A DNA stretch of 64,000 bases. It comes from Haplodiscus bocki (lineage: Eukaryota). The DNA is taken from NCBI GenBank assembly GCA_965655095.1, contig OZ296651.1, positions 108,314,001 to 108,378,000 of the forward strand, in the 5' to 3' direction. Both the position numbers and the translations under genes were made by a program. The notes beneath the pieces are model-generated. The model ran no database searches. It had not been told where the DNA came from and saw only the letters and a list, made by a program, of their open reading frames with translations. Shown here piece by piece: positions 22,107 to 33,418 of this stretch (positions are counted from its first letter, which is position 1; each line of letters begins with the position of its first letter).

Positions 22107-24848
22107 ATTATTTTATTAGTACTTATTATTATTGTTTTTTATTAAGATTATTATTAGTATTTAAGATTATTATTACTATGTTTGAGAATACAAGATTATT
22201 ATTTTGACTCGAATATTTTGATTCAAGTGAATGTTTAGTATTCTGTACTTTGAAAATGATCAAATTTTCGGTGGATTCCCAAATGACAAGACCAGTATAC
22301 ATAAAATTGAAATGAGTCTCACTAAACTTAAAAATTAAACCTCATACAGACAAAATGAAATTTACGTGGGTACTATCCGTTAACTTTGTTGTAATATAGT
22401 CAGCAGATGTTTTAACGAACAAAAAATTGTTACTAAAAGGAGCAGGTAATTATCTCTGAGCATAGCAAGAGCACACATAACGGCCGCAGAGCTGTCGGAA
22501 TGGCGATGTCGAGATGCCAAAGCTGTTGGCTTCAATGCTGATGGTAATGCAAATCCTTTTTCGGCTGTTATTAGCACAATCGTACTCAATATTTATAAGT
22601 GTTATTGATCATTTTATGTTTAGTGAGACTACTTACTAATTTACCTTTAGCGGTCTTATGTCATTTGGTACGTAATCAAATTTTAAAAAATTTAATTTTT
22701 TTCCGGAGTAATGGAAATAAATTTTCTTTTCGGAGAAATGGGAATAATAGTTTAATTTGAGTAATAGGAATAACATTTCAACTTGGGAGTGTTGGAAATT
22801 TTTGCCTCGTGCATGAGAATTGAAAGTAGACGCAAATTTAGGACGCAAATATTTGTGGCTTCGCGCGCTGTCACAAGTTTGTTGTAAATTCGAACAAGCC
22901 AATGAAACCGGTTGAAAGATATGAAAGGGACATCGCAGCCTCTCCACATTTCCCGGGCTTCTGAACGAGCATTGGAGGGCCTCAATCTAATTATCAGTCA
23001 TCCAAGAAAAACAGCTTTGAAAAACGAGTTCAATAAACCATTTTAGAATGTCAAATAACAGGTCGAACAAATTCATGCAAACGGATTGAGACGGGAATTC
23101 CGGTTTTTCAACAGTCTTCCTAGTTTGCAGGTAACTGAATGAACACTACTTGACCACAATTCAACCTTTGGTGTTCGACAAACACTTTGGAAAAACATGC
23201 AGAGTTTTTTTGAAATTCAAACTACAAGTCAAGAGATTCTGCATGCAGCGTATGAAATGGCATACCCCTGATTCTCTACACATTTTAGAAAATGCAGACT
23301 TGCGGCAGCTGGTAGTTAAGTCAGCACTAGATGGATGCAATCCGACCAGAAGTTGTTAGCACATAAAAACATTTTTCTATGACCACGCAAGAAAAAAAGT
23401 TGACGATTACCCAATTAGAAGTCAAAAAATTTCATCAAAAAGTTAATCCATGATAGGAGGAACAGGTAGCGATATTTGGAATTATTCCGCTGAATGAAAG
23501 CAATCTGACCGATAATTTCCGAAAACATTTTTAAAGGACGACGCAAGTGAAAAGATTGATGATTTTGCGATTGCACTGGAAAATTTTTCGACAGATAATT
23601 GCGAAGGTTTGATGTTAAGCCACGTCAAGGGGTCTTTGGCAGGCAGCGACGCGACATGAACAAATTTGAACTCTGGTGGGAACCCATACTCTGTCAGCGA
23701 AAACGCATAAATTGCGACTTCCAAACGGATGGGAAGAAAAAGGAGTTGCGATTCTTTTCCATAAAACTGAATACCCGCAAATGTGAGCCAAAAGCCGAAG
23801 CTCCATTTCGCAACACTTACGAGAAATGCAACTGATTTCTAGCTGCACAGATGAAAGAGGCACTCTTGGGGCCTAAAGGTTGCATCGAAACTAGCAAAAC
23901 TCAGCCACCTCTTGAACTCGCAAGTAATTGGCAGGCAAAGTAAGGAAGAACTTCCCTTGTTGGTCATCAGATTTCCACTCATCCACTCAACGAGATAAGG
24001 AAGAATTAGTATCCCAGTCAAGTTGGTGGTTTCCGCAAAAAAGCACTTTTGAAGAAAGACGAAACGAATGTTTTGTTAGTTTTCCAATTGCAAGTAACTT
24101 TTTTTCATCCTCAAGAACTGTGTAATTAAACATACTTCATAGTTTTTGGAGCTTCTATGCAGCTTCTTTCCGGTTTTTGACCACATTCCGTTCAGACGCA
24201 AGTTTTAAGCATTAAGAAAACCAGTTCTGAGGAAACATGCCTAAAACGTCTAATTTTTCATATCCAATGATAGCATACATCTCAAGTAAAATCGCGAACC
24301 ATCCTAGCATCGCGAATTCAATTTGCGGGTTCGAAGCAAGTACAAAGACATCCTTCAAGAAATTTCGTTGATTTTCAAACTGCAGGTTTAGATTATTCAG
24401 GTAAAAGAACACAATAGACCATTCCTGCTCCTCTGTAGAGCTTCTACGTAGCGCATGAAGGTACTGTGAGGCAGGCGTAAGGTGGGCGCTAGATGGACAT
24501 AATGCAACTAACAGTTTCAGGAAACAACATTTCTGACAAGCGACACGACACCACTGGAATTCTTTCATTTTTCAATTTCAAGTTCAGATCATTCGGAATC
24601 AATTACGGCAATGAACTGGCACTACTATTTGGTCAAACATTCAGGCAGGGAGTAATTGAGTAGCCTCGCTTTTGCTGTTCAACAACCAGACCCCAAAACA
24701 TATTCACCTCCAGAATATTTTTACTCAAAAAATGTAGAACAGTATAACAATCCAATCAACTATTTCATTATCATCATCATCGGATTCTTATAACGCGCGC
24801 ATCAGCTCAGAGATGAGCACTCCAGCGCGCAGGAAAGTTGCCAGATTG

Positions 24849-27600
24849 TCAGCTGTCCAATTGGAGTTGGAAGAGATGTGTTTTGAGCTTCGTTTTGAAC
24901 CCATCAAGTGAACCCGCCTCACAAACTTCCAAAGGTAGTCGGTTGTACAATCGAGGGCCAGCCAAAGCAAAAGCTCCACGAGTATTATCTAGGAAAAATC
25001 TTTCGGCAGTAAGTAGTTTCGAAGATTGTGATCTGAGCCCCGATGTAGAGTACTTCAGTAATTCTGTCAGGTATTCTGGGGCTAATCCGTGTAAACATTT
25101 CCACACGAGTAAACACACTTTGAAAGTAATTCGATACGAAAATTTAAGCCAATGGAATTGATGAATAAATGGCGTTATGTGCAAATGCGTTGGCAGTCTG
25201 AAGATCAGTCTGGCACAACGATTCTGCAGTTTCTGAAGCTTGGTAATCTGATATTCAGGAAAAGCGGAAAGACAACCATTGAAAAGATCGAGATGACAGG
25301 TAATAAGAGAGTTAATCAAGGTTCGAGATGTATGAATAGAAAGATAGTTTCGTATTTGCCATAGTTCTCGGAGAGTTAAATTGCAGCGTTGAATAACAGA
25401 GTCAATATGGTTAGATAGAAGAAATTTGTCGTTGCTAAGAATACAGCTTAATGTTTTCACAGATCTACCATCAGGAGAAGAAGGGTTTATGACAAGAGTT
25501 TCAGTTTTATCAGCATTCAGATCGAGATGGAGACGTTTGAGAAAAGTTTTGATGTCTTGAATGAGCAGGTTAATGTCACTAAGTTTGGATTCACAGTCAT
25601 TAATGTCAATACAAAGATAAAGTTGGGTGTCGTCAGCGTAAAGATGATAAGGAATGTTCAGGCAGTCGAGATAGAAAGAAATAGAAATTGTATATATAGT
25701 AAACAGAATTGGGCCCAGGGTAGAACCTTGTGGGACACCACACAACACAATGCGAATACGAGAGTGACAGTTGTTGATCTTAATACATTCTTTACGATTG
25801 CACAAGTAAGACGAAAACCAGTTCAAAACATTTCCTCGTAGACCAAGTTGCTTCAGAGTTCTGATCAATAAGATGTGCGATACAGTATCAAAAGCAGCGG
25901 TGAGATCCAGTAGTAACAAAATTGCAGCTTTACGTTTATCCAAAACAAACAAAATATCATTGTGTATTCTGGTAATTGCTGTTTCAATAGAGTGATTTTT
26001 TCGGAAGCCAAATTCGAAATTTCCGTAAGAGGTTGTTCACAGTCAGGTAATTTACAAGTTGAGCAGCGACGACTTTTTCAAACAGTTTTGAAATGAGAGA
26101 AAGGTGGGATATAGGACGATATTTGGACAAATCTTCAGGATCAGCATTAGGTTTTTTCAACAGAGGGACCACAGTTGCTTGTTTGAGGAGAGACGGGAAA
26201 ACACCAGAAGACAGACTAGTATTAATAAAAAGAAGAAGGAACGGAATGATTGCAGAGAGAAAAGTTCGTTTGCTAAAATGTTTGGTTGGGATAACATCGG
26301 CGTCAGTTTCAGTTAAGTTCATAGAGCTAATAGTTTTTTCTAGATCATCCGTAGTAACAGGTTGGAAAGATTCGAAAACAGATGTAGCAGCAGGAAATTC
26401 AATGAGTGTGTTGCGATCAGGAGGAAAAGAAGCAGTTATTGAAGAAATATTAGACTCGAAGAAATCAATGAAGCGGTTAGACAATTCTTTAGCACATGAG
26501 AAAGATGGAAGCTTGTAATTTACTTGGCGGCGATGTAGGAGCGTATTCGAGGCGTCGAAAAGTTGTTTCGTTGTACTACAAGAAGATAGAAGATCAGTAT
26601 AATAGAGACGATGTTTGCGTTGAAGAGCAGAGCGGTACAGTGTACGAGCAGAGCGCTAGGCGAAAAGAGATACGTTCGTGCGGTTCTTGAGAAGTGCATG
26701 TTCAGCTTTACGACGAGATGTACGAAGTGACTTGAGTTCCGCATCAAACCAAGGAGCAGACAGTGTACGAGATTTTACAACGCGAGGAGGGCAATGAAGG
26801 TCAAGATAGGTAGCAGCAGAGTCACTGAAGTCACGATATAAGGAAGACACGTCATCAGACGCAGGAACATAATTGCTAATGAAACTACACCATTTATCAG
26901 AGTTGAACGAACGCGTGGATCTAATGCATTTTAAGAAATATTTAGGGCTTTTGTCGACTAACAGAGGAGTAGTAAACGTAATAGGAAAGTGGTCTACAAC
27001 AAAGTTACATTCAGGAAAAATAAGCACATTGTGAATTGTCATGTAATCTCGAGCAATAATGAGATCGAGAGTGTTACCAACACAATGAGTAGGAGCATGA
27101 ACGAACTGAGACAAAGAATAACTGGTTAAAAGATTCAGAAAGTTATAAGCAAATTTCGATGTAGAGTCATTGACATGAATATTGAAATCTCCAACGATGA
27201 TCAAACATTTACGCCATAGTAACTCATCAAGAAATTTCTCAAACTCGGCGAGAAACTCGGCCTGATTAGGGCGCGGAGGACGGTAAACCACAAATACAGT
27301 TAATGTAACAGTACGTAACTTGAGTGTTAAAGAAGCAGGTTCAAATGTTTCGAACATGAAAGTGTTTAAGGTAGACGAGAGGGTTGACTTAAACAAGAAC
27401 CCAACGCCGCCACCACGAGAACCTCTGGGAAAATTTGCAAAAGTATAATCGTTATGTGAGAAAAGATGTTGAGAATAGCCAGAAGAATCAATCCAAGTTT
27501 CAGTGATAGCACAGATGTCAACAGATAAATCAAATACCCAATCGTTGAGAAGAAGTTCTTTGTTATTCACAAAACAAGGATTAACAAGAGCAAGTTTCAG
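24849..27600 (-). pseudogene. LINE ORF2: AP endonuclease plus reverse transcriptase
   Basis: APE motifs AITETW, GGGVG, VYRPP, GDFN, TLDLI, DHF; RT motifs YRPISHL, LDLTAAFDTVSH, GVPQGSTLGP, YADDTQLY; split by frameshifts. Confidence 0.93.
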
Positions 27601-28559
27601 GGAAGATAGTTGTCAATTGGATACCGATAAGAGTTTGAAAAGGTCTGGTACAGGCTTTGTGTGATCGAGAAGCATATCAACATTTGCATTAGTGTTGTAT
27701 TATAACTTGAGATTCGGAATTTTGAGATGAGACTCATTGACGCCAAGACGATGCAGGTTGTAGCGAGCAGAGAGAAGGGCTTTTTCCAAGATTCGGTTTT
27801 CCGGCGTACAGTCTTCCTTGACAAAGTTGCTGGTATCCTTGAGATTTTTCGCCTTAGCTCGAGCAAGGTCGGTGTGCCAGGAGTGTTGGAAGGTAACCAC
27901 AATGGGGCGCGGCTTTGTGTGTGGAGCGTTGTATTTCCCTCGACGGTGGAAGTGCGCGATGCTGTAGGTTTTAGCCTCTAGCAGATCAAGAACATTGTCT
28001 ATCTTGTCTTTTTCAGCAGCATTACGAACTGCTTTTGAAGAGCCAGCGGTTTCAGGGACGCCAAGAATCAAGAGGTTGTGAGAGATGTCGTAGTTCGATG
28101 AATATTGTGCGGCAGAAGGTGTGGTGTTCTGAGAATTGAGTGTTTGTGAGCAGTCTACCAAAGGACCGGGGAAGAGCCAGAGACTCCGCCATCCACGGGC
28201 TGAGGAGCAGTAGAAGAAAGAGAACAGTTTTCAACTTTATAATCAATTTTCTGGGTTGAGTCACTGATCGCTGAAAGGTTGTCACAGATTTTACACAGAG
28301 AATGCTTGACATAATTAGATGAACGTAACTCAGCAACAGCAAGTTTCAGCAAATAAAAAAGGTCGCCTTTAACAGCAGTATTACAATATTTTTGTAACGA
28401 CTCATCTGTATAAGAAAGAAGTTGTTGAAGGGTGGGGCAGTAGTCCCTCTGGAAAGAGGTAACCTCCACGCGATCCAGACACTCCTCGACCGACGGTAGA
28501 CGAACACGAGTTGCGGGTTGTGGGCCAGATAGTGCATCATTATCCGACTCCAGCGACAT
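27597..28559 (-). pseudogene. LINE ORF1 (RRM-type RNA-binding protein), frameshifted
   Basis: NLLILGVPE and RRGK...PRPIVVTF are typical of CR1/L2 ORF1. Confidence 0.8.
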
Positions 28560-30549
28560 AGCATCGGAAACTATTTGATAAGTTTATCACAACAATTAGG
28601 CTTGGAGAACTATTTGGAAAACTTCGCATACATTCTCTCGTATTCTTGAAAAAAAAGGCTGTTAACATTTAGGGAAAATATGAATTTACGGGTTTAATTG
28701 GTTATATGCATGAATTAGGGGAGGATTGTATAAAAACGTGAAAATGAAGCGCGAAAAAAATATTGGGGACAGTTGGTCGCTGCGAGGTTGTTCAAGGGCA
28801 GAAACGAGGCTACTAATAAAGGAAATTTTGACCCCACAGCAAGCAAAAAAGTCGCCTTAGGCGTTCCACAAAAAGCACCACTTCGTGAAGAACAGATTTT
28901 GGAAGTCTGTCAATTATGAATTCAAGTAAAAATTTATGATTATATTCAGTTTCAATTAGTTTCAATTAGCTTATCTAATATTTTTTCAATTAAAAAATTG
29001 ACCTTCGTGCTGCGAAAAATAGCAAGTTATAAAATCACTATCGATGTCCATCCAATAACGATTCCTCAGTAAAAAACCGACCTTTGATGTTCATTCAATT
29101 ACATACTTAATTACAAAAAACATGTCTATCCCTAATTTCAATTAGATTATCTTACATATTTTCAATTTAAAAATCTTGGTTTTTGAAAAAAAGCTGGGAG
29201 AAAATGCAATTTCGATGTCCAAATAGTTTATCAGACCTACACTTTTCTTTTTCAAATCAAATTATCTATATGAAAAAGGATATTTTGTAGTCTTTGTAGA
29301 GTTTATTGTAATAGAATACATCAACATAAAAAAACTAGGAACTAAACTTTAAAGAAATACTCTACCAAATTACAAATGATTTCTCGATCTATCAAAACTC
29401 AAAGGTTCGCCTGGCCAGCCGTTGTATTGGCCAACATCTTTTTACACACAATGCTCTAAAATCTGAATAAGTTTTTCTACAGGTGAGTCCATAACAAATA
29501 AAATATCAAAGAGTTTTGAACGAAACTCAAGTCTCTTTTCATTTGTTCTCATATTCCTTTTGATATAATATTTCTTTATATTAACAGTCATCACTTTTTT
29601 GACGTCATTTTTATAAACGTTACAAAGACAGAAAAAAAAACATTTTTTTGCAGATGACTTCTGTTGAAAATGAAAATGAAATAATATCTGTCGTTGATTG
29701 CAACTTTTCTAATTGGAAATTCAAGGGTAATCATGAATTTTCTCAAAAAGCTTGATTGAGTGAACATTAAACAACGACTTTTAACTCAGAAGTCCTTATT
29801 GGATGATCACTAAAAGTGATTTTTTTTTCACTTACTCAATTTTGAAAACACAATATTCAAAATTTGAAACGGAAATAAATAAAATAATCTAAATAAAATT
29901 AGGGATAATCATGAACTCTTCAGCTAATTATGATATGAGATAGATATTGATAATCGAATTTTACTTGAAGTTAGTATTGGATGGTCATCGACAGTGGGTT
30001 CTTTACTTGCCTTGATGCCAAATTTCCCTTTCTTGATAGCCTCAGGTTTGGTGATTACTTTTCTAAATTCTCGCGTTATAGCTAACGCTTAAACATATAT
30101 AACTCTTAAAAACGTGCAGTAAGCTATTAAACAGGAAATGAATAATGTTTAACACGGGAACTGCAATTGGTATTGACTAACCTTGCAGTTGCTGTTGCTG
30201 CTGGTAAATGGTATAAATGGCATGAAAGAAAGCTGAAAGATTGGAATTGCACAAAGAAAAGGGAAAGCAAAATTTCTAAAAGCGTGGAAATGTGGTTCAA
30301 CGCGATTGGCTCAACGACTAGTCACGAAGATGCCGTCATAACTTCGTTTCCTACCTAGTACGGGAAAGCGGCTTGGCCATTATTGATTCACTCGCTTACC
30401 GGCCGGCAGCCATATTCCTTTCCCTTATTTCACTTCCTTTTCCTTACGCCTCGCTTTCTTTTCCTTCTTATTTGGCTAAATTTAATCTGAATTCTCTCCC
30501 TTCTTTCCGCGGACGGGAATATTCCAAGACAATTTCAGCTTGCCTTGCC

Positions 30550-31060
30550 TACAAATTTCGCCGCTTACAGACCCAACCGTCCTACTCTCCGCTTATCACC
30601 AAATGATCTGATTGGCTCTTGCTCAAACGGCGGCCATCTTGAAAATTCAAGTATAAATAACCGGCGCACAGCCATAGCATTCATTCACGCTTTTTAGCCT
30701 ATTTCCACGAGGCGAACCTCTCTTCCACTTTCCTATCATCATAATTTTGGGATTTATTTTTATTCCCGAAATTATTCTAAGACAACTTCAAAACTTGTCT
30801 TAGTCAAATTTCTCTATCGCCTCAACAGAATTATTCTAAGACAACTTTAAAACTTGTCTTAGCCGCTGTCCTTACAGGACCAACCTTCCTGATCTCCAAT
30901 TCTCACCAAATGATTTGATTGGCTCTCGCTTAAACGGCGGCCATCTTGGAAGTATCGAGTGTAAATACCCAGTGCACGGCCATAATATTCATTCGCTGGC
31001 TACCGTCAACTACCAACTTCCCCGAGGCGAAACTCTCTTCCACCTTCCTCTCACCAATAT
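30550..31060. repeat. Direct duplication of ~190 bp containing GGCGGCCATCTTG, with short internal tandem repeats
   Basis: cttacag..ccaac...caccaaatgat.tgattggctct.gct.aaacggcggccatcttg...cgaggcgaa.ctctcttccac at ~30565 and ~30872. Confidence 0.75.
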
Positions 31061-31184
31061 TCTGGAAATATTCAATGACTCTTCAACAACAACCCGAAAA
31101 TATTCAAAGACTTTTTCGCCTGCGAATTTGTCTTAGCCGCAAACTATCAACTATATTTCGGAAATATTCAAAGACTTTCCAGCC

Positions 31185-31385
31185 AAGCAATCAACAGCAA
31201 CAATCAACAGCAGCAATCAACAGCAACAATCAACAGCAGCAACCAGCGGCAACAAGCAGCAGCAACGAGCAGCAGCAACAAGCAGCAGCAACCAGCAGCA
31301 GCAACAGCACCAATCAGCAGCAGCAATCAACAGCATCAACCAGCAGCAGCATTCGACAACAACAATCAACTACAGCAACAACCAG
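31185..31385. repeat. Degenerate (CAG/CAA)n microsatellite
   Basis: Directly visible. Confidence 0.9.
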
Positions 31386-32134
31386 CCTTCGTTCTACCAG
31401 TATCACTTCCACAATCCACGACGACCCACGTTAGATAACATTACGGTTCCTAGCACTGGCTACGTCCTGCTAGAAGTTGATTTAGGATTAGCCGCCCGGT
31501 TGCGAGTGCAGTCACCGTTACCGAGGACCATTTTTGTGACATTTCGATTTTTCTAAAACTCCCTTTTTGTGATTTTTCCTTTTTTTCCTAAGACGTAGTA
31601 CTAACTATTAACCGGTAAAAGTAAAACTTTATTATTCACGACCTATTGGCAGTCCCTATGACGTACGCCTTGGTCGCAGATAAAAGAGAATAAAATTCAT
31701 TGCTGGTTTCCCGTGGGCCCGGACTTTATCGGCAGGGACTAAAACACCGGCTTAAGATTAAACCCGGCGAGCTGGTTTTATACCGCACGGAGGTAATTTT
31801 TTATACTAAGAGTAGTGTAAAATGCATGTAATGTAAAATGCATGTAATTTGAACCCCCTTTCCCTACAGACTGGCCTATCCAGCTTGGGACTAAAACAGG
31901 GGCTAGTCTTTTTTTTACCCGTAATCCTAGTTTGTCTAGAGAGACGTGGTATAGCTAAACGTAAAACAAACTGTAAAATGGCGGGCTAAAGAAAGCCGAC
32001 CAGAGATAAGACGGGACTTGTTCGCCACCCGCACTGGTCAGAAAAGTAAAATGGTGTATGTGAAACATTTTATTCTATTATCAGGCAGTGGATGTGGATG
32101 TGGAATAAATTATAATTTCGATGTTTAAAGGTTT

Positions 32135-32405
32135 TAATTTATAACATTAAATTTATTGGGACTAAATTTGAATAGTCCAAGAGTCTATTTGCGATGATTC
32201 ATTTATAATTCAATTGGACTAAATTCAACGAGACCAATTTTTGTTCATGAGTTTCTAAATCCTAAATTAAATTTAGTTCAATAATTTTGACTTTTATACT
32301 TAACTTCATAATTTCAATTCAGACTAAATTAAAGTAGTCTGAATTGGTGGATGTTGGTTGCATTTTATAATTTTAATTCAGACTAAATTAAAGTGGTCTG
32401 GATTA
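32135..32405. repeat. Degenerate ~60-bp AT-rich tandem repeat with internal palindromes
   Basis: ataatt..aatt..gactaaatt recurs; ttcagact...agtctgaa dyad. Confidence 0.55.
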
Positions 32406-33197
32406 TTTAAATGCTATTATATTCTTCACTCCTAAAGTTAAATTAACATAACGGTGTTTAATATTTTTTTACGTTTGGTGGCACCCTTATACGAATCCTG
32501 ATTTGATTTTTCCAACTTCTGGTAGTATCTTCACGCGTAAAATTTCGTTGCTGTAGATTGAATAAGAGAGACGTAAATCGGGTTGGTAACTATATTGTGC
32601 AGAAATAAAGACCATATGGCAAATTTCCCTGTGCTATTCCACGCTTACAACTTGGTAACTCCCCCTTACGAATATGCTGTTGTTCAAGCTTAGAAAATTG
32701 GAGATTTGGAATACATTCAATAGTAATTTAATGTTCTTTCGTACCATTCTCCGCTATAGCTCAGAAGTCCTTGCTTGAATTCACGCAATCCCTTTGTTCG
32801 CACGGTTAAGCAAGGCACACTATTGAGACTTGTAAATGTTAACCGTCGCTACCATGCAGCAGTGCTGACCGAGCGTACTGCCAGCATAGCTAGGTAAATA
32901 ATAGACCTCCAATACCCCTACCACGTGCGACAAAATTTATTTTATTTTCCCCACATCCCCCCATTTATATAAAAAATTCCTTGTATTTATACATTTCCTC
33001 AAAGCTAATAAGGATAATATATGGTTTTATGGAGGAATTTGTGGGTGAAATAGAGGATGTAACTCATTGCATGGGTTCAATTTGTAATTTATTAATGCGT
33101 GAAAATGGGGGTGAGGCCAGTAGAATTGGGCTGTGGTTGTTAGTCACCAAAATTGTGGCTACTTTTTAAGTTCTATATAAAAACACTTATTCTCAAG

Positions 33198-33270
33198 CAG
33201 CAATGGGGCAGTCAGTAGAGCATTCGATTTCGGCGCGAAAGGTCACAGGTGCGGGCTTAAGACGTTCCCT
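33198..33270 (+). pseudogene. tRNA-derived SINE head or tRNA pseudogene
   Basis: A-box-like tggggcagtcagtag, anticodon-arm-like ttcgatttcggcgcgaa, degenerate B-box ggtgcgggc. Confidence 0.35.
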
Positions 33271-33418
33271 TCTCTCTTTGGTCAAAATTTAGGAACTTTC
33301 GCCAGTTCCGAACGGATCGCAAAAAAAAGAACTCAAATCCTGTGATAAAACATTTACTTGCGCAAGTGTAATGAAAATTATGAATTCTCGAAATCGTTTC
33401 CGGATCTCCCTTTCTCAG

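Larger units (their letters stand above)
24765..28640 (-). mobile_element. Apparently full-length L2/CR1-group LINE with frameshifts
   Basis: ORF1 plus APE-RT ORF2, short 3' UTR with a GCGCG-bounded stem-loop and a (GAT)n tail; 5' boundary approximate. Confidence 0.92.

Noticed and set aside
17635-22119. ORFs with poly-Pro, poly-Gly or (CV)n
   Set aside because: They arise from homopolymer and dinucleotide tracts in MITEs
23050-24600. Possible decayed hAT transposase (STRW, EYPQM and SSCTDER words)
   Set aside because: Motifs are short and scattered across frames, and no TIRs or TSD were found; needs a profile search
24838-27981. Plus-strand ORFs opposite the LINE
   Set aside because: Antisense shadows of ORF1 and ORF2
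28850-30050. Degenerate inverted repeat (cactatcgatgtccatccaata vs tattggatggtcatcgacagtg)
   Set aside because: Probably an old foldback element, but boundaries cannot be defined
30946-31434. Gln/Ser/Ala-rich 162-aa ORF
   Set aside because: Explained by the CAG/CAA microsatellite; no splice or domain support
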